NCBI GenBank assembly: GCA_002269645.1
Contig: NIVC01001181.1
Location: 186,001 to 250,000, forward strand
DNA from: Macrostomum lignano
Taxonomy: Eukaryota
Length of the DNA: 64,000 nucleotides
Direction: 5' to 3'
Below are positions 31,640-45,164 of this stretch, piece by piece. A model generated the notes under the pieces. It searched no databases, had not been told where the DNA came from, and was given only the letters and a program-made list of their open reading frames with translations. Made by a program: the position numbers and the translations under genes. Within the stretch, counting starts at the first letter, position 1; each line of letters opens with the position of its first letter.

Positions 31640-32335
31640 AATCCCAACTGCTTAGAAATCCCAACTAATCGAAAATCCCATTAATTAGAAGTCCAAACTA
31701 ATTCGGAAATCGCAACTAACTCGAAAGTCCCAAATAATTAGAAATCCCAACTAATTAGAAATCCCAACTGATTAGAAATCCCAACTAATTAGAAATCCCA
31801 ACTGATTAGAAATCCCAACTAATTAGAAATCCCAACTGATTAGAAATCCCAACTAATTAGAAATCCCAACTGATTAGAAATCCCAACTAATTAGAAATCC
31901 CAACTGATTAGAAATCCCAACTAATTAGAAATCCCAACTGATTAGAAATCGCAACTAATTAGAAATCCCAACTGATTAGAAATCGCAACTAATTAGAAAT
32001 CCCAACTGATTAGAAATCCCAACTAATTAGAAATCCCAACTAATTAGAAATCCCAACTGATTAGAAATCCCAACTAATTAGAAATCCCAACTGATTAGAA
32101 ATCCCAACTAATTAGAAATCCCAATTCCCAACTAATTAGAAATCCCAACTGATTAGAAATCCCAACTAACTAGAAATCCCAACTAACTAGAAATCCCAAC
32201 TAATTAGAAATCCCAACTAATTAGAAATCCCAACTGATTAGAAATCCCAACTAATTAGAAATCCCAACTGATTAGAAATCCCAACTACTGTAATTAGAAA
32301 TCCCAATTCCCAACTAACTAGAAATCCCTACTAAT
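31640..32335. repeat. 17-bp minisatellite AATTAGAAATCCCAACT
   Basis: About 40 copies. Confidence 0.96.
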
Positions 32336-32576
32336 CGGACATCCCTGAAAATCCTAATCGATCGATCATTTATATATCATAAGAAATCAATAGTCGCGAC
32401 ATTCAAACTCTTAGAAATCTTATATCAAAGTTTTGGTCCACCGCAATTTAAATTTTCCAAAGTTCCCAATGTCCTAAAGAAAATTTCGTCGAAGTCAAAA
32501 AACGCGACGGCTAAGTACCCGATGGACTATGTAAATGAACGATTCGAATCTCAAGTCTCTTCATCATTCATTACAG

Positions 32577-32940
32577 CGCTGCTACCGAGGCCCAGAGACC
32601 ATCTGCTGTGTCCAGGGTCTCCAGTTCGACACGGTCTACCAGGCCCGAGTCAAGGCGCACAACACCGCCGGAGAGTCAGTCTACAGCGATTTTGTTAAAC
32701 TGCGCACCGCCGGTCGGGCTTTTTTTCAATTCTCCCCAGAAGAATCGCACGCGGAGCTGGTATTCACTAATCAGGGCATGACCGTCACTTCCGTGTCATT
32801 GGAGGAACGAATCGCAGTGTGTACAACCGGCTTCTCTAGAGGGGTTCACTACTGGGAGTTCACTGTCGACAGATACGACGACAAAGGAGATCCAGGATTT
32901 GGCGTTGCTCGTTTGGACTGTCGCAAAGATGAAAAACTTG
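32577..32940 (+). CDS. TRIM9: TRIM9/TRIM67-like, FN3 end and PRY/SPRY start
   Basis: Contains [27 protein letters not shown] and [28 protein letters not shown]. Bounded by ttacag and GTGAG; 364 nt, phase 0/1. Confidence 0.93.
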
Positions 32941-33011
32941 GTGAGAAAATTTTCTTAATGGTTATTCCTGATTATTGGGTAGTTGATTAGTCTTTGTGTG
33001 AGTTTATTGTT

Positions 33012-33808
33012 TCAGGGGTTTAATAAGAAGCTGAGCGGCCGGCGTGAAGTTGCGAGAAGGGTTTAATCAGAAGCTTCGCGGCAGGCGTGAAGTTGCGAGA
33101 AGGGTTTAATCAGAAGCTTAGCGGCAGGCGTGAAGTTGCGAGAAGGGTTTAATCAGAAGCTTAGCGGCCGGCATGAAGTTGCGAGAAGGGTTTAATCAGA
33201 AGCTTCGCGGCAGGCGTGAAGTTGCGAGAAGGGTTTAATCAGAAGCTTCGCGGCAGGCGTGAAGTTGCGAGAAGGGTTTAATCAGAAGCTTCGCGGCAGG
33301 TGTGAATTTGCGAGAAGGGTTTAATCAGAAGCTTCGCGGCAGGTGTGAATTTGCGAGAAGGGTTTAATCAGAAGCTTCGCGGCAGGCGTGAATTTGCGAG
33401 AAGGGTTTAATCAGAAGCTTCGCGGCAGGCGTGAAGTTGCGAGAAGGGTTTAATCAGAAGCTTCGCGGCAGGCGTGAAGTTGCGAGAAGGGTTTAATCAG
33501 AAGCTTCGCGGCAGGCGTGAAGTTGCGAGAAGGGTTTAATCAGAAGCTTCGCGGCAGGCGTGAAGTTGCGAGAAGGGTTTAATCAGAAGCTTCGCGGCAG
33601 GTGTGAATTTGCGAGAAGGATTTAATGAAAAGCTTCGCGGCAGGCGTGAATTTGCGAGAAGGGTTTAATCAGAAGCTTCGCGGCAGGCGTGAATTTGCGA
33701 GAAGGGTTTAATCAGAAGCTTCGCGGCAGGCGTGAAGTTGCGAGAAGGGTTTAATCAGAAGCTTCGCGGCAGGTGTGAATTTGCGAGAAGGGTTTAATCA
33801 GAAGCTTT
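33012..33808. repeat. 43-bp minisatellite GAAGGGTTTAATCAGAAGCTTCGCGGCAGGCGTGAAGTTGCGA
   Basis: About 18 copies. Confidence 0.96.
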
Positions 33809-36800
33809 TAGGGTGAGATTTTGATGGGAAATTTTACGGAACGAACGAGTCTGGAGGGGGTTTACTAGTAAGATGTAGGAACGAAAGGTTCTTGCTGAAT
33901 CTTTGAAGACTGTATGGTTACCGGAGGCTGAGGTTGTGGAGGTTTATTTGAGTCTTCATGAAGGGTAAAAGGCTACTGCCTGAATTCAGTTGCTTCAGGA
34001 AATAAATGTCTGTAGCCTATACAACCATCGCTCAACCTGAAATTGATTAGCATATTCCCTTTATATGGCCATTTATACTACCTAAATTATATCCCAGTTG
34101 ACCCCTTCTGACCCCCCGGGTCTCCACAGAAACTGCTCAATTCAATTCAGTGTTTCGCCATTCTCCTCAACTCTCCCCCTTGTTAAAAAATGCGTGACTC
34201 ATTTCTCTCAGCTGGCAAACTTCCAGCATGCACGCATTCGCGCTGCATATGGCGCCGTGTCTAACAACTCAAAGTGGAACTGCACTGCCTTGTTGTGTAT
34301 ATATGCACGGACTCTCTTCTTGATTTTATTACCTTGGCGAGGTCATCAGAGATCTAAAATTGATTGCCTACAGTCACTGAGGATGCAGTTACCAGTTAGG
34401 TTGTAAAACACAGCGTGCATAGCATTAGTCAGTGGTACTGCATCCGGGCAGTGGTTGGATAGCGGCTATTGTAGTTCTGCAGACTGCGTAAGAACAATAT
34501 AAAATATCAACGGTATTGGCTTGCTATTTTAGCTTCTAACCAATCAATGATTAGTAAAATGCCATCGATTATTAAACTTAAAACTACGTGAAGAATTTGA
34601 GAATTGATGGCGCGCCCATTCAGTCAATAGCGGCTGTTCAATCGGATGCTGACTAAAGCCATGGGAAAAATGGGGAATTTCTTGTTCAGGAAGGAACTTG
34701 AACCAATGCACGCGAACTCAGTGTAGGACAGCGGCGTCGGTAAGTCTGCGCCTTCCCGGCATCCCATTTTGAATAGGAAATTCCTCCCAACGAATGCGAG
34801 TATGGGATTGATGATTGTATTTGGACTGACCTTGCAGAGGCAGAGAGCTGCAGGTTCAATGCATCATTCGCGTGTTTTGCATGTATTATTACATCATCTA
34901 CCTGCCTGTCTTCAATCGAAAGCTGAACTGAAGCCAACACGGCGGTATACAGACCTGCAGCTTCGCCCTATATTTCTCCATCCTTTCCTCTCAATCACTG
35001 TTCTCTCCCACTCTCTCTCTCTGCCTGTCCGGTGCATTATCCAGAAACTGCGGTGAGTCACTCTTTAAACCTGCACCATGTCGCTCTCTCCCCCCTCTCT
35101 CCAGCAAACAACATCTCCAGAGAACATGTCAGATAAGCGCGTACAACTCTCTAATCTTTCTTTATACACGTGTGTAAATTATACAGTCAGTCAATGATAA
35201 AAATTCGTTTTTCTCTCTATTTGCATCACTTTCTAGTTTCTATCGGCCCTCTATAGAGACGAGACCGAAGATAGCTCGGATTTAACGGTTGAATCTGGAT
35301 AATTTAGCAGATAGAAGCGATTCCGCTTCTCAGCTGGATCTGGTTAAATAAGAAACAAACCATTTTAGTATATCAAAAAGAAAATCACACCCTTATAAGG
35401 TTTTTTCTTTTTTAAGAAAACTTACTCCAGACTTATGATTGTACACATTTTCCATTTCGTAAAAATGTTCCTGCCTAAAATATCCCAGGAAGACTTGTAC
35501 TGCGTGTATAGGAATAAATTTGCTGGAAAAGAATGACATTGTTGAAATTGTACGCAGGTAAAAACTTCTCTGGCATTGGTCTCTGGTTGATTTGGAAACA
35601 AGATTTTTCCCTCCCGGAACACCGGAAGAAATTGCAAAACTCTTCTTTTTGAGCAGCCTCTTCTTGAAAAAAATGCTCAAGCGCATTGTCAGGTCACGCA
35701 CAGCTAGCAGGAAGGCCACTTAACCCCATAGGTTGTCCCTCTGCCTAATAAAGTTCTAAAAATTTTCCACTATACAGTAAATAAAATGCAAGCAGCTTTG
35801 CCATGAGCAAGCATGCTCAAGCTCAGGGCCTCCTCTCTTCTCTCCCTCTCTGTCGCCGACACAGACGTCCTGAACAAGCACAAGAGAGCAGTGAATGAAC
35901 GGCGAGGGAAAAAGAATAGAGTTGAGAGGAAACTCAAAGTAATTGCAATAGAAAGAGCCGATCGCCCCGCTCAGCATTTGACTAGTGTATAGGGACTGAG
36001 CTGAAGGGAGTAGATTGTATTGCAGTTGAGTTGAACTCCAATTACTGCATGCCCATTTAATGCTGCTTGTTTGGTCTAGAATCTAAGAATATTCCGAAGT
36101 GGCCGAAAATTATTGAAGTCTATTATACTACTATGTAATAATAAGTTCAACAGTACCCGGTGCTTCTCTTTAATAACCGAACTGATTTCCTTCTAACAAA
36201 TATTTTCCGAAGGATTAACTTTCAAATTTATATAGTTGAATAGTATTGGTACTGTATAAGCTATAGCATATAATTGATATAAATGTACTTTATTCAAACT
36301 GTCTCTTGTCCATTTTTACTTGCTTAATCATGGGCAGAAAATACAGCATGCAACTTACACAGCAACAGTTCTTATGTCACATTAAATACATATTTATTGC
36401 AGATAGTTTAAACAAACATAAGCATTTTTAGCGCCATTGTCAGGAGGTCATGCACGCAGCTCAGAAGGTCTTGGAAAAAAATCGGAAAAAATTATAATTG
36501 TCTGCAAAAAATGGCTCCTTCGTCAGAAACATGTAGAAAAGCACAACTAATGGGCAAGGCTAAGACAAGTTGACAGGGAAAGAGAGAGATTTAGATTGCG
36601 TGTTAACAAGCAAGGACAGGCTTGTGAAGAAGTTCAATCTCCATTTGGTTACATGTCGTGATTCGACAGGTGAGGGGTCACTTGACAAGTTTCTGTTGCT
36701 AATTGGGCCTAACTATTTTGCCTGACATCTTGTCACTTTCTAAAGTAGAAAATATTAATATCTATCAGGTTGTATTTTGCATTAGCTTTGGAGCCACATG

Positions 36801-37888
36801 AAGCTTAGGCAGAATTTACAGATATCAGTCCTGTATTAAGTAGTAGTAATATTAGTAATATTGTTTACTTAATAAATTTAATGCAGACCCGCCCGAAACT
36901 TTGCACTGGACTGGCTTGCGATCTCCCCCCATATCCATCTCTATCTCTATTATATATCTCTCTGCCTCCATGCCTGTGCAGATATTGGAATAATTGATTG
37001 GCAGCGGTTGTGTGTCTGTCAGATCCTCCATTGCGCTGGCAGAGAAGGGCGAACGTTTTCCATACAGGGATGTATAATTATTATTACAATGAGAGCCAGC
37101 TATACATCGTACAGAACTGCTGGCCAATATACACCGTTCTCATATAGTGAACGTTTATCAGCTGCTTATGATAAACCAGGGTGGGAGTATACTTTACCAT
37201 AAAAAATCAAATGATTGCGTCATCGCTTGTAATTCTGTCCATTCCGCTGACTCGGTGTACTACAGCAGCCCTGACTTTCTAATCGTCAGGCACGTACACT
37301 CTGTGTCTTGGGGGTCGCTAAAAATGATCAACATATAGGACTAGCAGACTTTATGTCGTCTCTCAAGTCAAGTGTAGCCTTTGCTCTGTCTGAAGCTTCT
37401 GAGCTTCTAAGTCCACGTCGATCTCTTTTTTGGCAGAACATTAGTAGCGTTTTCGCGAATCTTTAGAAGCCGAAGAAGGCTATTAGCAGTTTCCAGGGTC
37501 CTTGACCTTGAGATTTACTTTCCTTCTCTGCTTATATTATATATGAGAAAACCTTCGAGTCAGAACTGAGCTTTTAGAATTGCTATGGAGAAAGAGAGAG
37601 AAAGAGAGAGAGAGCGAAGAACCAAAGGCAACTTAGCGTGTCCATCTATATAGAGTTAGGGGGGCCGCCTAGACCTATATAGATATATAGGCCCGTGGAT
37701 ACATTAGCTATAGCTAGCACACTCTTAAGTGGGGGGAGAGGGGAGTTTGTTAAAGCATTCGACAAGGGCCAGCAGCCAGCAACTTGGCTTAGGCGAGGGT
37801 TGAGGCGTGGAAGAGATTTTCTCTCAGCGGCACAGGGGATATCGTTACGCCTCATTTGGCTGGCGAAAAGCAGCTGAGCTTGAGAAAG

Positions 37889-37946
<58 letters not shown>

Positions 37947-38234
37947 ACTCGAGCTAGGCAGGCTATAAAGAGACTGGTATAGAACTTTTCCATATAATCC
38001 ATCCTTGAGTTCGTGACCGAAAATCTACTGCTATAACAGCTAACCAGCAGAGAAAAACGATGCATCAATTTTGCATTCGACTCTGATCTTTCTATAGGCT
38101 GCATGCTGTAGTTGCTACTATTACTGATTCAGTGATACTTCTACTACTTCTATTATTAAGTAGTAAGCAGCAGAGTTTTTTTATAATATTATCGAGCTTG
38201 GAGAAACTCAGTCATTGAGAAATACGAGTGCATA

Positions 38235-39288
38235 GCTTTTTGCAGCCTATTTGGGCTTACGGCATTTAATTTAATCCAAGATACGTTTGCCAATGTAAAG
38301 GAGCTTTTGTCTATGACTCTATGGTCACAAGGATGGCACAGCAGCATTTAATTTAGTCCAACAAGAATCAATTTGGTACATAGCGGCTCTAGATTTCAAT
38401 TTAGACATGACTGACAAAAGCAGTGAGGACGGAAGCGATGGGGGGGTTGTCTGGAAGTGAGAATTCATGGTAATGGCCATAGACACGAGCGGCTGCATGC
38501 TGTAGTGGCCCCCTCGTGTCTGTGGTCATTATCATGTTTTCTCACTTTCAGCTAACTTCATTGGTCAATTTGTCCATCAGGATCCGAGTGGGAACGGGGA
38601 ATTGGGGTGTGGGGGCAAAGCCCCCACTTACAACCATAGACTATTTTATTTTACGCTCATAGACTCGTTTGTTTTCTAATATTATATCCCGGTAAATTGC
38701 TTTATTGTCAATTTCGAACAATGACCGGTCATTGCTTGAATTTCATTGACTTAACGTAAATTACCATAGAAATTTTGAAGAATGCTTCATTTGCAACTGC
38801 TGCGGAGGAGCAAGATCAGCCCCATAATCGTGGACAATATGCTAAGCTTGTGATCGAAGCACTCGATAGAGGTGAACACCCAATGGACATCGCTAGGTTG
38901 CTGAATGCCAAAAAAGACAATTTACAGCATCCGTCAGCGGGTTGAAACCACTAGCAGAAGAGATCGTCTGCGAAGGGGCGGCAATCTCCAAAGCAAGTTG
39001 TTAGAACCCCAGGTCCAACTGCTATTGGATGCAATTGAGAAAAACCCTCTGTTGACGTTGCAGTAAATGCAGCAGAAGTTGAACCAACAGTTTCCAGTTG
39101 GTTGTCAGTATTTCGACTATCAGCAGAGCTCTGGAAAAGCGACAACACTGAAACTTCTTGGAAGAGATGCTGACATTCCAGTGGTACGCAACAGTCCTCA
39201 GACGCGGTTGCGAGAAGGCTCGTTTATATTGGCAAACGTATCTTGAATTAAATTAAATGCGCGTAAGCCCATATGGGCTGCAAAAAGC
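38235..39288 (+). mobile_element. Degenerate Tc1/mariner-IS630-like DNA transposon (1054 bp) with ~65-bp TIRs and flanking TA
   Basis: TIRs at 38235-38299 and 39223-39288 (GCTTTTTGCAGCC...GGGCTTACG...ATTTAATTTAAT.CAAGATACGTTTGCCAAT), with TA on both sides. A frameshifted HTH-type N-terminus lies at ~38800-39220 (VIEALDRGEHPMDIARLL / TIYSIRQR / QVQLLLDAIEKNPLLTL / VSISTISRAL). No DDE region. Confidence 0.8.
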
Positions 39289-39374
39289 TATACTATTTCT
39301 TCTTTCGAAGTACAATATAATTCAAATACGTTTCATTTTTAATGGACTTCCATTACACACCACACCAAAAACAG

Positions 39375-39679
39375 GCCGCGATAACCGAGGCTGGTCAATG
39401 TACATTGACTTCAAGCGCAGCTGGTTCTTGCACAACGGAGAGCACGCCGAACGATGCGACGGAGGCATTGCCAAAGGCAGCATTGTCGGGGTGCGTCTAG
39501 ACTGCGACAAAGGCACTTTGTCCTACTATGTTAACGATGAGCCACACGGACCAGTGGCTTTCCTCGACTTAAAAGGCACTTTCTATCCGGCCGTTAACCT
39601 CAACCGTAATGTGCAGCTCACTCTACATCCGGGGCTAGAGGTGCCATCGGAGTCAGACGACAGTTCCGAGGAGAATTAA
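39375..39679 (+). CDS. TRIM9: TRIM9/TRIM67-like, terminal SPRY exon
   Basis: GRDNRGWSMYIDFKRSWFLHN...GGIAKGSIVGVRLD...FYPAVNLNRNVQLTLHPGL matches the TRIM9 C-terminus. Phase 1 acceptor acag; stop TAA at 39677-39679. Confidence 0.94.
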
Positions 39680-42384
39680 AGCTAACTTTTGTCGAAATCG
39701 CTTCAATCACAAACTGACGCCTGTGTTAAAACCAAAGAAACAATTGCCATGTGTCATGCCATGCTACATGTAATTACTTTATTTTTGTCCACTCTAGTCT
39801 GTCTCTATAGTCGCACTTTTAGTAATTAAATTTGTTTTGAGTGGGTTGTAAACAAGGCCTGCATGGTCTGTGACGATTGGTTTGCCTAGAATTCCTGTGG
39901 TGAGGGGGGTGGGGGCTAGATAAAAAGCAACCCACTTCCAATCCAAATATAGAGGTTCGTTCAAGCGCAGTGTACATTCAACTCCTACCCCTTTTTATTA
40001 TCGATCGATGTACACCCCTTCCTCCACGCCCACCCTAGTGTACATTCTTATCAAACGGGGTGATAAGAAAACTCTTGGTGAGAGAGGGCAAATGATTTCT
40101 TCGTTCGGTTTAAACTTGTGAAAGAAGCATTAATCTGTATTGTGTGTATGACAAGCTAGTAAGATTTTATAAGTAAATCATTTGGTTTTTGATACTGTTG
40201 AGATATCAATTATCAACCATTGAGACAGTCAACGCGCCCAATATTCTCGCCCTCCTAAGGTGTACATTGCGTAATTATGTTTCCTTATTTTTTCTGCTTG
40301 TATTTTAAATATATTTTGTTGTGCGTTTGTTTGTACATCCGTCTTCTATCCAACTGAAATCACAAAAGCTAACCTTTACCCTGTAGTTTATCTTCTAGTT
40401 TCTAAAAGCAGCTGGTGTACATATTGGATCAAAAATCTACATATTACATTACTTGTGAATGGCAACTGGAATACAATACTTTTCTATAAGAAATATTCAT
40501 GCAAGTGTATCTATATGTACATTTATCAATATTTGATATTTTCTTACTCGTTTATGATTTTCAGTCCGACCTGTCATTTGCATGCGAATCATATTATTTT
40601 ATCTGCTGCCGTGTATTGATTATTAGCTAGCCATAGGAAGTGTGAAAACGTGTCACTAAAACATTGGTAGGATTCGAGCCATGCACTCACTGTGCCCCCC
40701 ATTGTATTACTAAACTAAACCCTGTAGAGATTCTAGAAACCCATGCAGTTTTCTGTTCTTTGACGAATCTCAGAAATATTTTTTACATCGAGTTCATCGT
40801 GCAGGCTGTACAGAATAGTCCGTATGGTTTTATGAATCTATGATAATCTGCAGCTCAACACTAATTTATCCCAATTATCCGTCTTGAAAACTTTTTGCCA
40901 CAAATAGTTTTTTATTTAACTCCACTATTTTCTTGTGCGAGGTACAGTTAGGTTAGGTTGAACAGATCTTGTTCCACCACACTTAACTCTCAGTGGCAAC
41001 ATAATACTCAATTTATAATTTTTGTCTTGTCCATTTTGCTCATAATAATCTAATATTGCTATTATTTGTTATAATGATAATCGAGTAAGAATTGATGCAT
41101 AGTGGTCTGGCAGATTCAGTATTTTTATTTTTAAGTCAATAATTTTTTGATACCTAAAATTATATTTCGAGCATGTATTTAAACAACTCAAAAAGTAGTC
41201 ACCAATTTCTAGTTGCCGTGCTTTAAGAAATACTTTTAAATTCGAACTATTACTTGCCCACCATAGTAAAAGTAAGCAAGTCATTTTATCTCTATAATTT
41301 TTTTTTCAGATTTTTACGCTCGTAATTGACTATTCATTCACTGCGGCAAGAGGTTGTTAATCGAACAATTTAAACAAAAATGGCCGCGATTTTTAAGCAT
41401 ATTCAATTACAACAAATCGTGAAATTTACCTAACAAATATATCAAAACGATTTGTAACAATTCAGTTCTATCCAAAAGTGCAAACTGTCCTTGCATGATA
41501 TTGCGTTAGGTAAGTTGCTCATTTTGTCGTTAAAAATCGATCGTTCAAATCAGTCGTTAAAATGGAGAAAGTCGGTATTTTGTGAATTATTAAGACAAAA
41601 ATTGCTAAGAAAATTTAGTGTTCTTGTATTTTACATCCTTAGTTATGAAGGAAAATTAATTTAAAAAACTTCATTTTAGTTTTTCTTTTGAGTAAAACCC
41701 TCAGGACAAAACTCTATTTTCCTGTTTCAGTTCATTACGGTGGAGATTAAAAACATATTATTGACCAGGGAAGCACTAATAAAATAAATGAGATTAAAAT
41801 CGAAAAGTTGCGTGAAATTCTAGGATATCATCGCATTTTTAAGTAGATTGGAATTAAATTTACGCATTCGATAATACTGATGAAAAACATGTCAGTAGTG
41901 CAATACGAATAGGCAACGTTTTATCAGTGAATCTGGGAGAAAAATCTTACTGAACTCACCTGACGCTAAACCAAAATTATCACTTGTTTTAGAGCAACCG
42001 AAAAACAACATTATTGGAAATGGTTTTATTATTGTGGCACAATAAATAGAATCTCCAGATTTTACACCTACGCAAAAGATAACGACATGTACAGACCAGA
42101 ATAGTAAAGGAACACTGGTACTGCAAATCATAATCATAGAAAGATACGCAACAAATTTGAATTGCAGAAAGTTAATAAAATATTAATCGTTTTTTGATAG
42201 ATTTAGCCTAGTTAATATGAAGGAATTGAAGTAACTTTTCCGAACAAGATATATGATTAAGCCTCTCTTGATAATGAATTCTTACACTGAAATGAAGTCA
42301 ATAATAACAACTCTGAATATAGACAAATAACGATAGAATAAAAAATATCCTCCACAGGCCGAAACCTTATCTCTAAGTCCGCCA

Positions 42385-43630
42385 TTCACTCCTATAGCAA
42401 CCACCAAATAAGGCAACGGGGTCATAAATACTTTGACCAAGTCAGCCAGCCACTCCCTCTAACCGCCACCAATTAAGGCAACGGGGTCATAAAATTAACC
42501 AACTTTGACCAAGTCAGCCAGCCACTTCCTCAAGCCACCAATTAAGGCAACGGGGTCATAAAATTAACCAACTGTGACCAAGTCAGCCAGCCACTTCCTC
42601 AAGCCACCAATTAAGGCAACGGGGTCATAAAATTAACCAACTTTGACCAAGTCAGCCAGCCACTCCCTCTAACCGCCACCAATTAAGGCAACGGGGTCAT
42701 AAAATTAACCAACTTTGACCAAGTCAGCCAGCCACTTCCTCAAGCCACCAATTAAGGCAACGGGGTCATAAAATTAACCAACTGTGACCAAGTCAGCCAG
42801 CCACTTCCTCAAGCCACCAATTAAGGCAACGGGGTCATAAAATTAACCAACTGTGACCAAGTCAGCCAGCCACTTCCTCAAGCCACCAATTAAGGCAACG
42901 GGGTCATAAAATTAACCAACTGTGACCAAGTCAGCCAGCCACTTCCTCAAGCCACCAATTAAGGCAACGGGGTCATAAAATTAACCAACTGTAACCAAGT
43001 CAGCCAGCCACTTCCTCAAGCCACCAATTAAGGCAACGGGGTCATAAACACTTTGACCAAGTCAGCCAGCCACTCCCTCTAACCGCCACCAATTAAGGCA
43101 ACGGGGTCATAAAATTAACCAACTTTGACCAAGTCAGCCAGCCACTTCCTCAAGCCACCAAATAAGGCAACGGGGTCATAAAATTAACCAACTTTGACCA
43201 AGTCAGCCAGCCACTCCCTCTAACCGCCACCAATTAAGGCAACGGGGTCATAAACACTTTGACCAAGTCAGCCAGCCACTCCCTCTAACCGCCACCAATT
43301 AAGGCAACGGGGTCATAAAATTAACCAACTTTGACCAAGTCAGCCAGCCACTTCCTCAAGCCACCAATTAAGGCAACGGGGTCATAAAATTAACCAACTT
43401 TGACCAAGTCAGCCAGCCACTCCCTCTAACCGCCACCAATTAAGGCAACGGGGTCATAAATACTTTGACCAAGTCAGCCAGCCACTCCCTCTAACCGCCA
43501 CCAATTAAGGCAACGGGGTCATAAAATTAACCAACTTTGACCAAGTCAGCCAGCCACTTCCTCAAGCCACCAATTAAGGCAACGGGGTCATAAAAATTAA
43601 CCAACTTTGACCAAGTAAGCCAGCCACTTC
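42385..43630. repeat. ~62-72-bp minisatellite (CCACCAATTAAGGCAACGGGGTCATAAAATTAACCAACTTTGACCAAGTCAGCCAGCCAC...)
   Basis: About 18 copies between the converging gene ends. Confidence 0.96.
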
Positions 43631-43863
43631 TTCCTCTAGCCACCTAGTTTGTTTAAGACAACGAGGCGGTAAAATCAAAGGACTCCGAATCGACTTTAAC
43701 CAACCTTTTAGTTGGTCAAAGCAACTGGGTTATAAAATCAATCAAGTACTAATTATTGCTGAAAAACAAGAGCAAATTTGGCAAGTAAGTTTTTTTCTGC
43801 GATCGACGAACGAAAACTTTAAAGCACTTGGCACAGAAACAGTAGTTTAAGAAGGCAAAAAGT

Positions 43864-44082
43864 TCAGCCTGGTGGCCTCGATGCAATCCACTTGTCAGCC
43901 ATGTCCCTCAGCGGCGCCTGCCCCCTACGAGCAGCTTCGTCGCGAACTTGTGTAACCAATTCCAGATTGTTGCAACTAACGGCTAATAGATACGCTTTCT
44001 TCAACTTTCCTGTCACTATTAGGGCTTCGACACGCTTAGCAACCGAGCTGATTAGTTTGAGCAGATCCTCGGAGATGCTCGG
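43864..44082 (-). CDS. ZFYVE26: ZFYVE26/spastizin terminal exon (PSISEDLLKLISSVAKRVEALIVTGKLKKAYLLAV...DMADKWIASRPPG*)
   Basis: Manual translation; 219 nt, acceptor caacag, stop TGA. Resembles human ELEGLIQAI...CKLRSAYLIAV...DICAQWL. Confidence 0.87.
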   Translation of the reverse strand, partial: PSISEDLLKLISSVAKRVEALIVTGKLKKAYLLAVSCNNLELVTQVRDEAARRGQAPLRDMADKWIASRPPG

Positions 44083-44398
44083 CTGTTGGGAATCGAATTA
44101 AAAAAGTAGCAGGGGATGGATAAGTGAAACGAGGACTGATTGATAGTCACTGACTATTGCACTAGTTCATTAAAGCTGGAAAAATAACGTTTGGCTTTAC
44201 TATTGCTTTTGTCATGCTATGTGGAACTGGGGACATCCAGAAGCGAATACGCTAACGAAGAGTTGACCTTTTTATATTTGATGGTTTCGATTTGTGACTT
44301 AAAATGTGCTTCATTAATGTCTGTATTTATTCTTTCTGTAAATAAAACTCAAACCGTTCCTTCTATTCCGGCTCATTGTTCCATATTGCATGATAATC

Positions 44399-44599
44399 CA
44401 TAGAAATAGACTTTCCGTGACAATATTTGCGTTCTCCGGGATTTTATTTGGTAATATTCAATAATATCCCGTAAAGTCTTTATGTCTATGGTTTATACGA
44501 GATTACACATGCCTTTTTCGGGAGTTATTTTCATAAATCCCTCGGGCCTCAGGCCCTCGTGATTTATACAAATAACTCCCTCAAAAGGCACGTTTAATC
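44399..44599. mobile_element. Compound palindromic (MITE-like) element
   Basis: 48-bp imperfect inverted arms at 44501-44599 centred on GGGCC-TCA-GGCCC, plus a second inverted pair at ~44399-44491. Confidence 0.5.
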
Positions 44600-45164
44600 T
44601 GATACACAAATCGAGTTGTCTATGGCTTGCTTTCCGGCCCCGAGTTAATTCAACACTTGGCTATAGAATTCTATGGGCCGTTCCGTTTTGCATGCCCACT
44701 GTTACATATAGCACGACCAAAGCAATACTAGAAGTTAGTTGATACTTGTTAGAATTTCAATGGATTAGCGCTTATAGCAGAACTTTCTGTGGACTTTCAA
44801 TATCAAAAGTTAAATTCGAACTTTCACCGGTCGGACTACCAGAATCTGATTCTAGGAAACGACATACATTGATTCTCTCAAGATAAAAATTGTATCCCAA
44901 GGAAGGTTTTTAAGGATACACCAGCTGGGATCAGTCAAAATAATACCCTACACTGCAAAGCCTCTCTGCAGACTTCATGTTTACAGATTACCTAAATAAA
45001 AAATTAATAGAAGTCTTGAATTCACAGCTCACAGAATTCAATTAAAATATGAATTACAAAAAATATCCAACTTAAATTGAATGCCATCCAGCTAGGGAAA
45101 ATAACAGAGCGCCAATTCGGCATCCGTGGTAGAAATTCAGGATGCAAAACTCAAAGTTGACGTG

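Noticed and set aside
36852-36960. KPVQCKVSGGSALNLLSK resembling an LTR-retrotransposon protease
   Set aside because: The catalytic DTG/DSG is absent and no other pol motifs are nearby.
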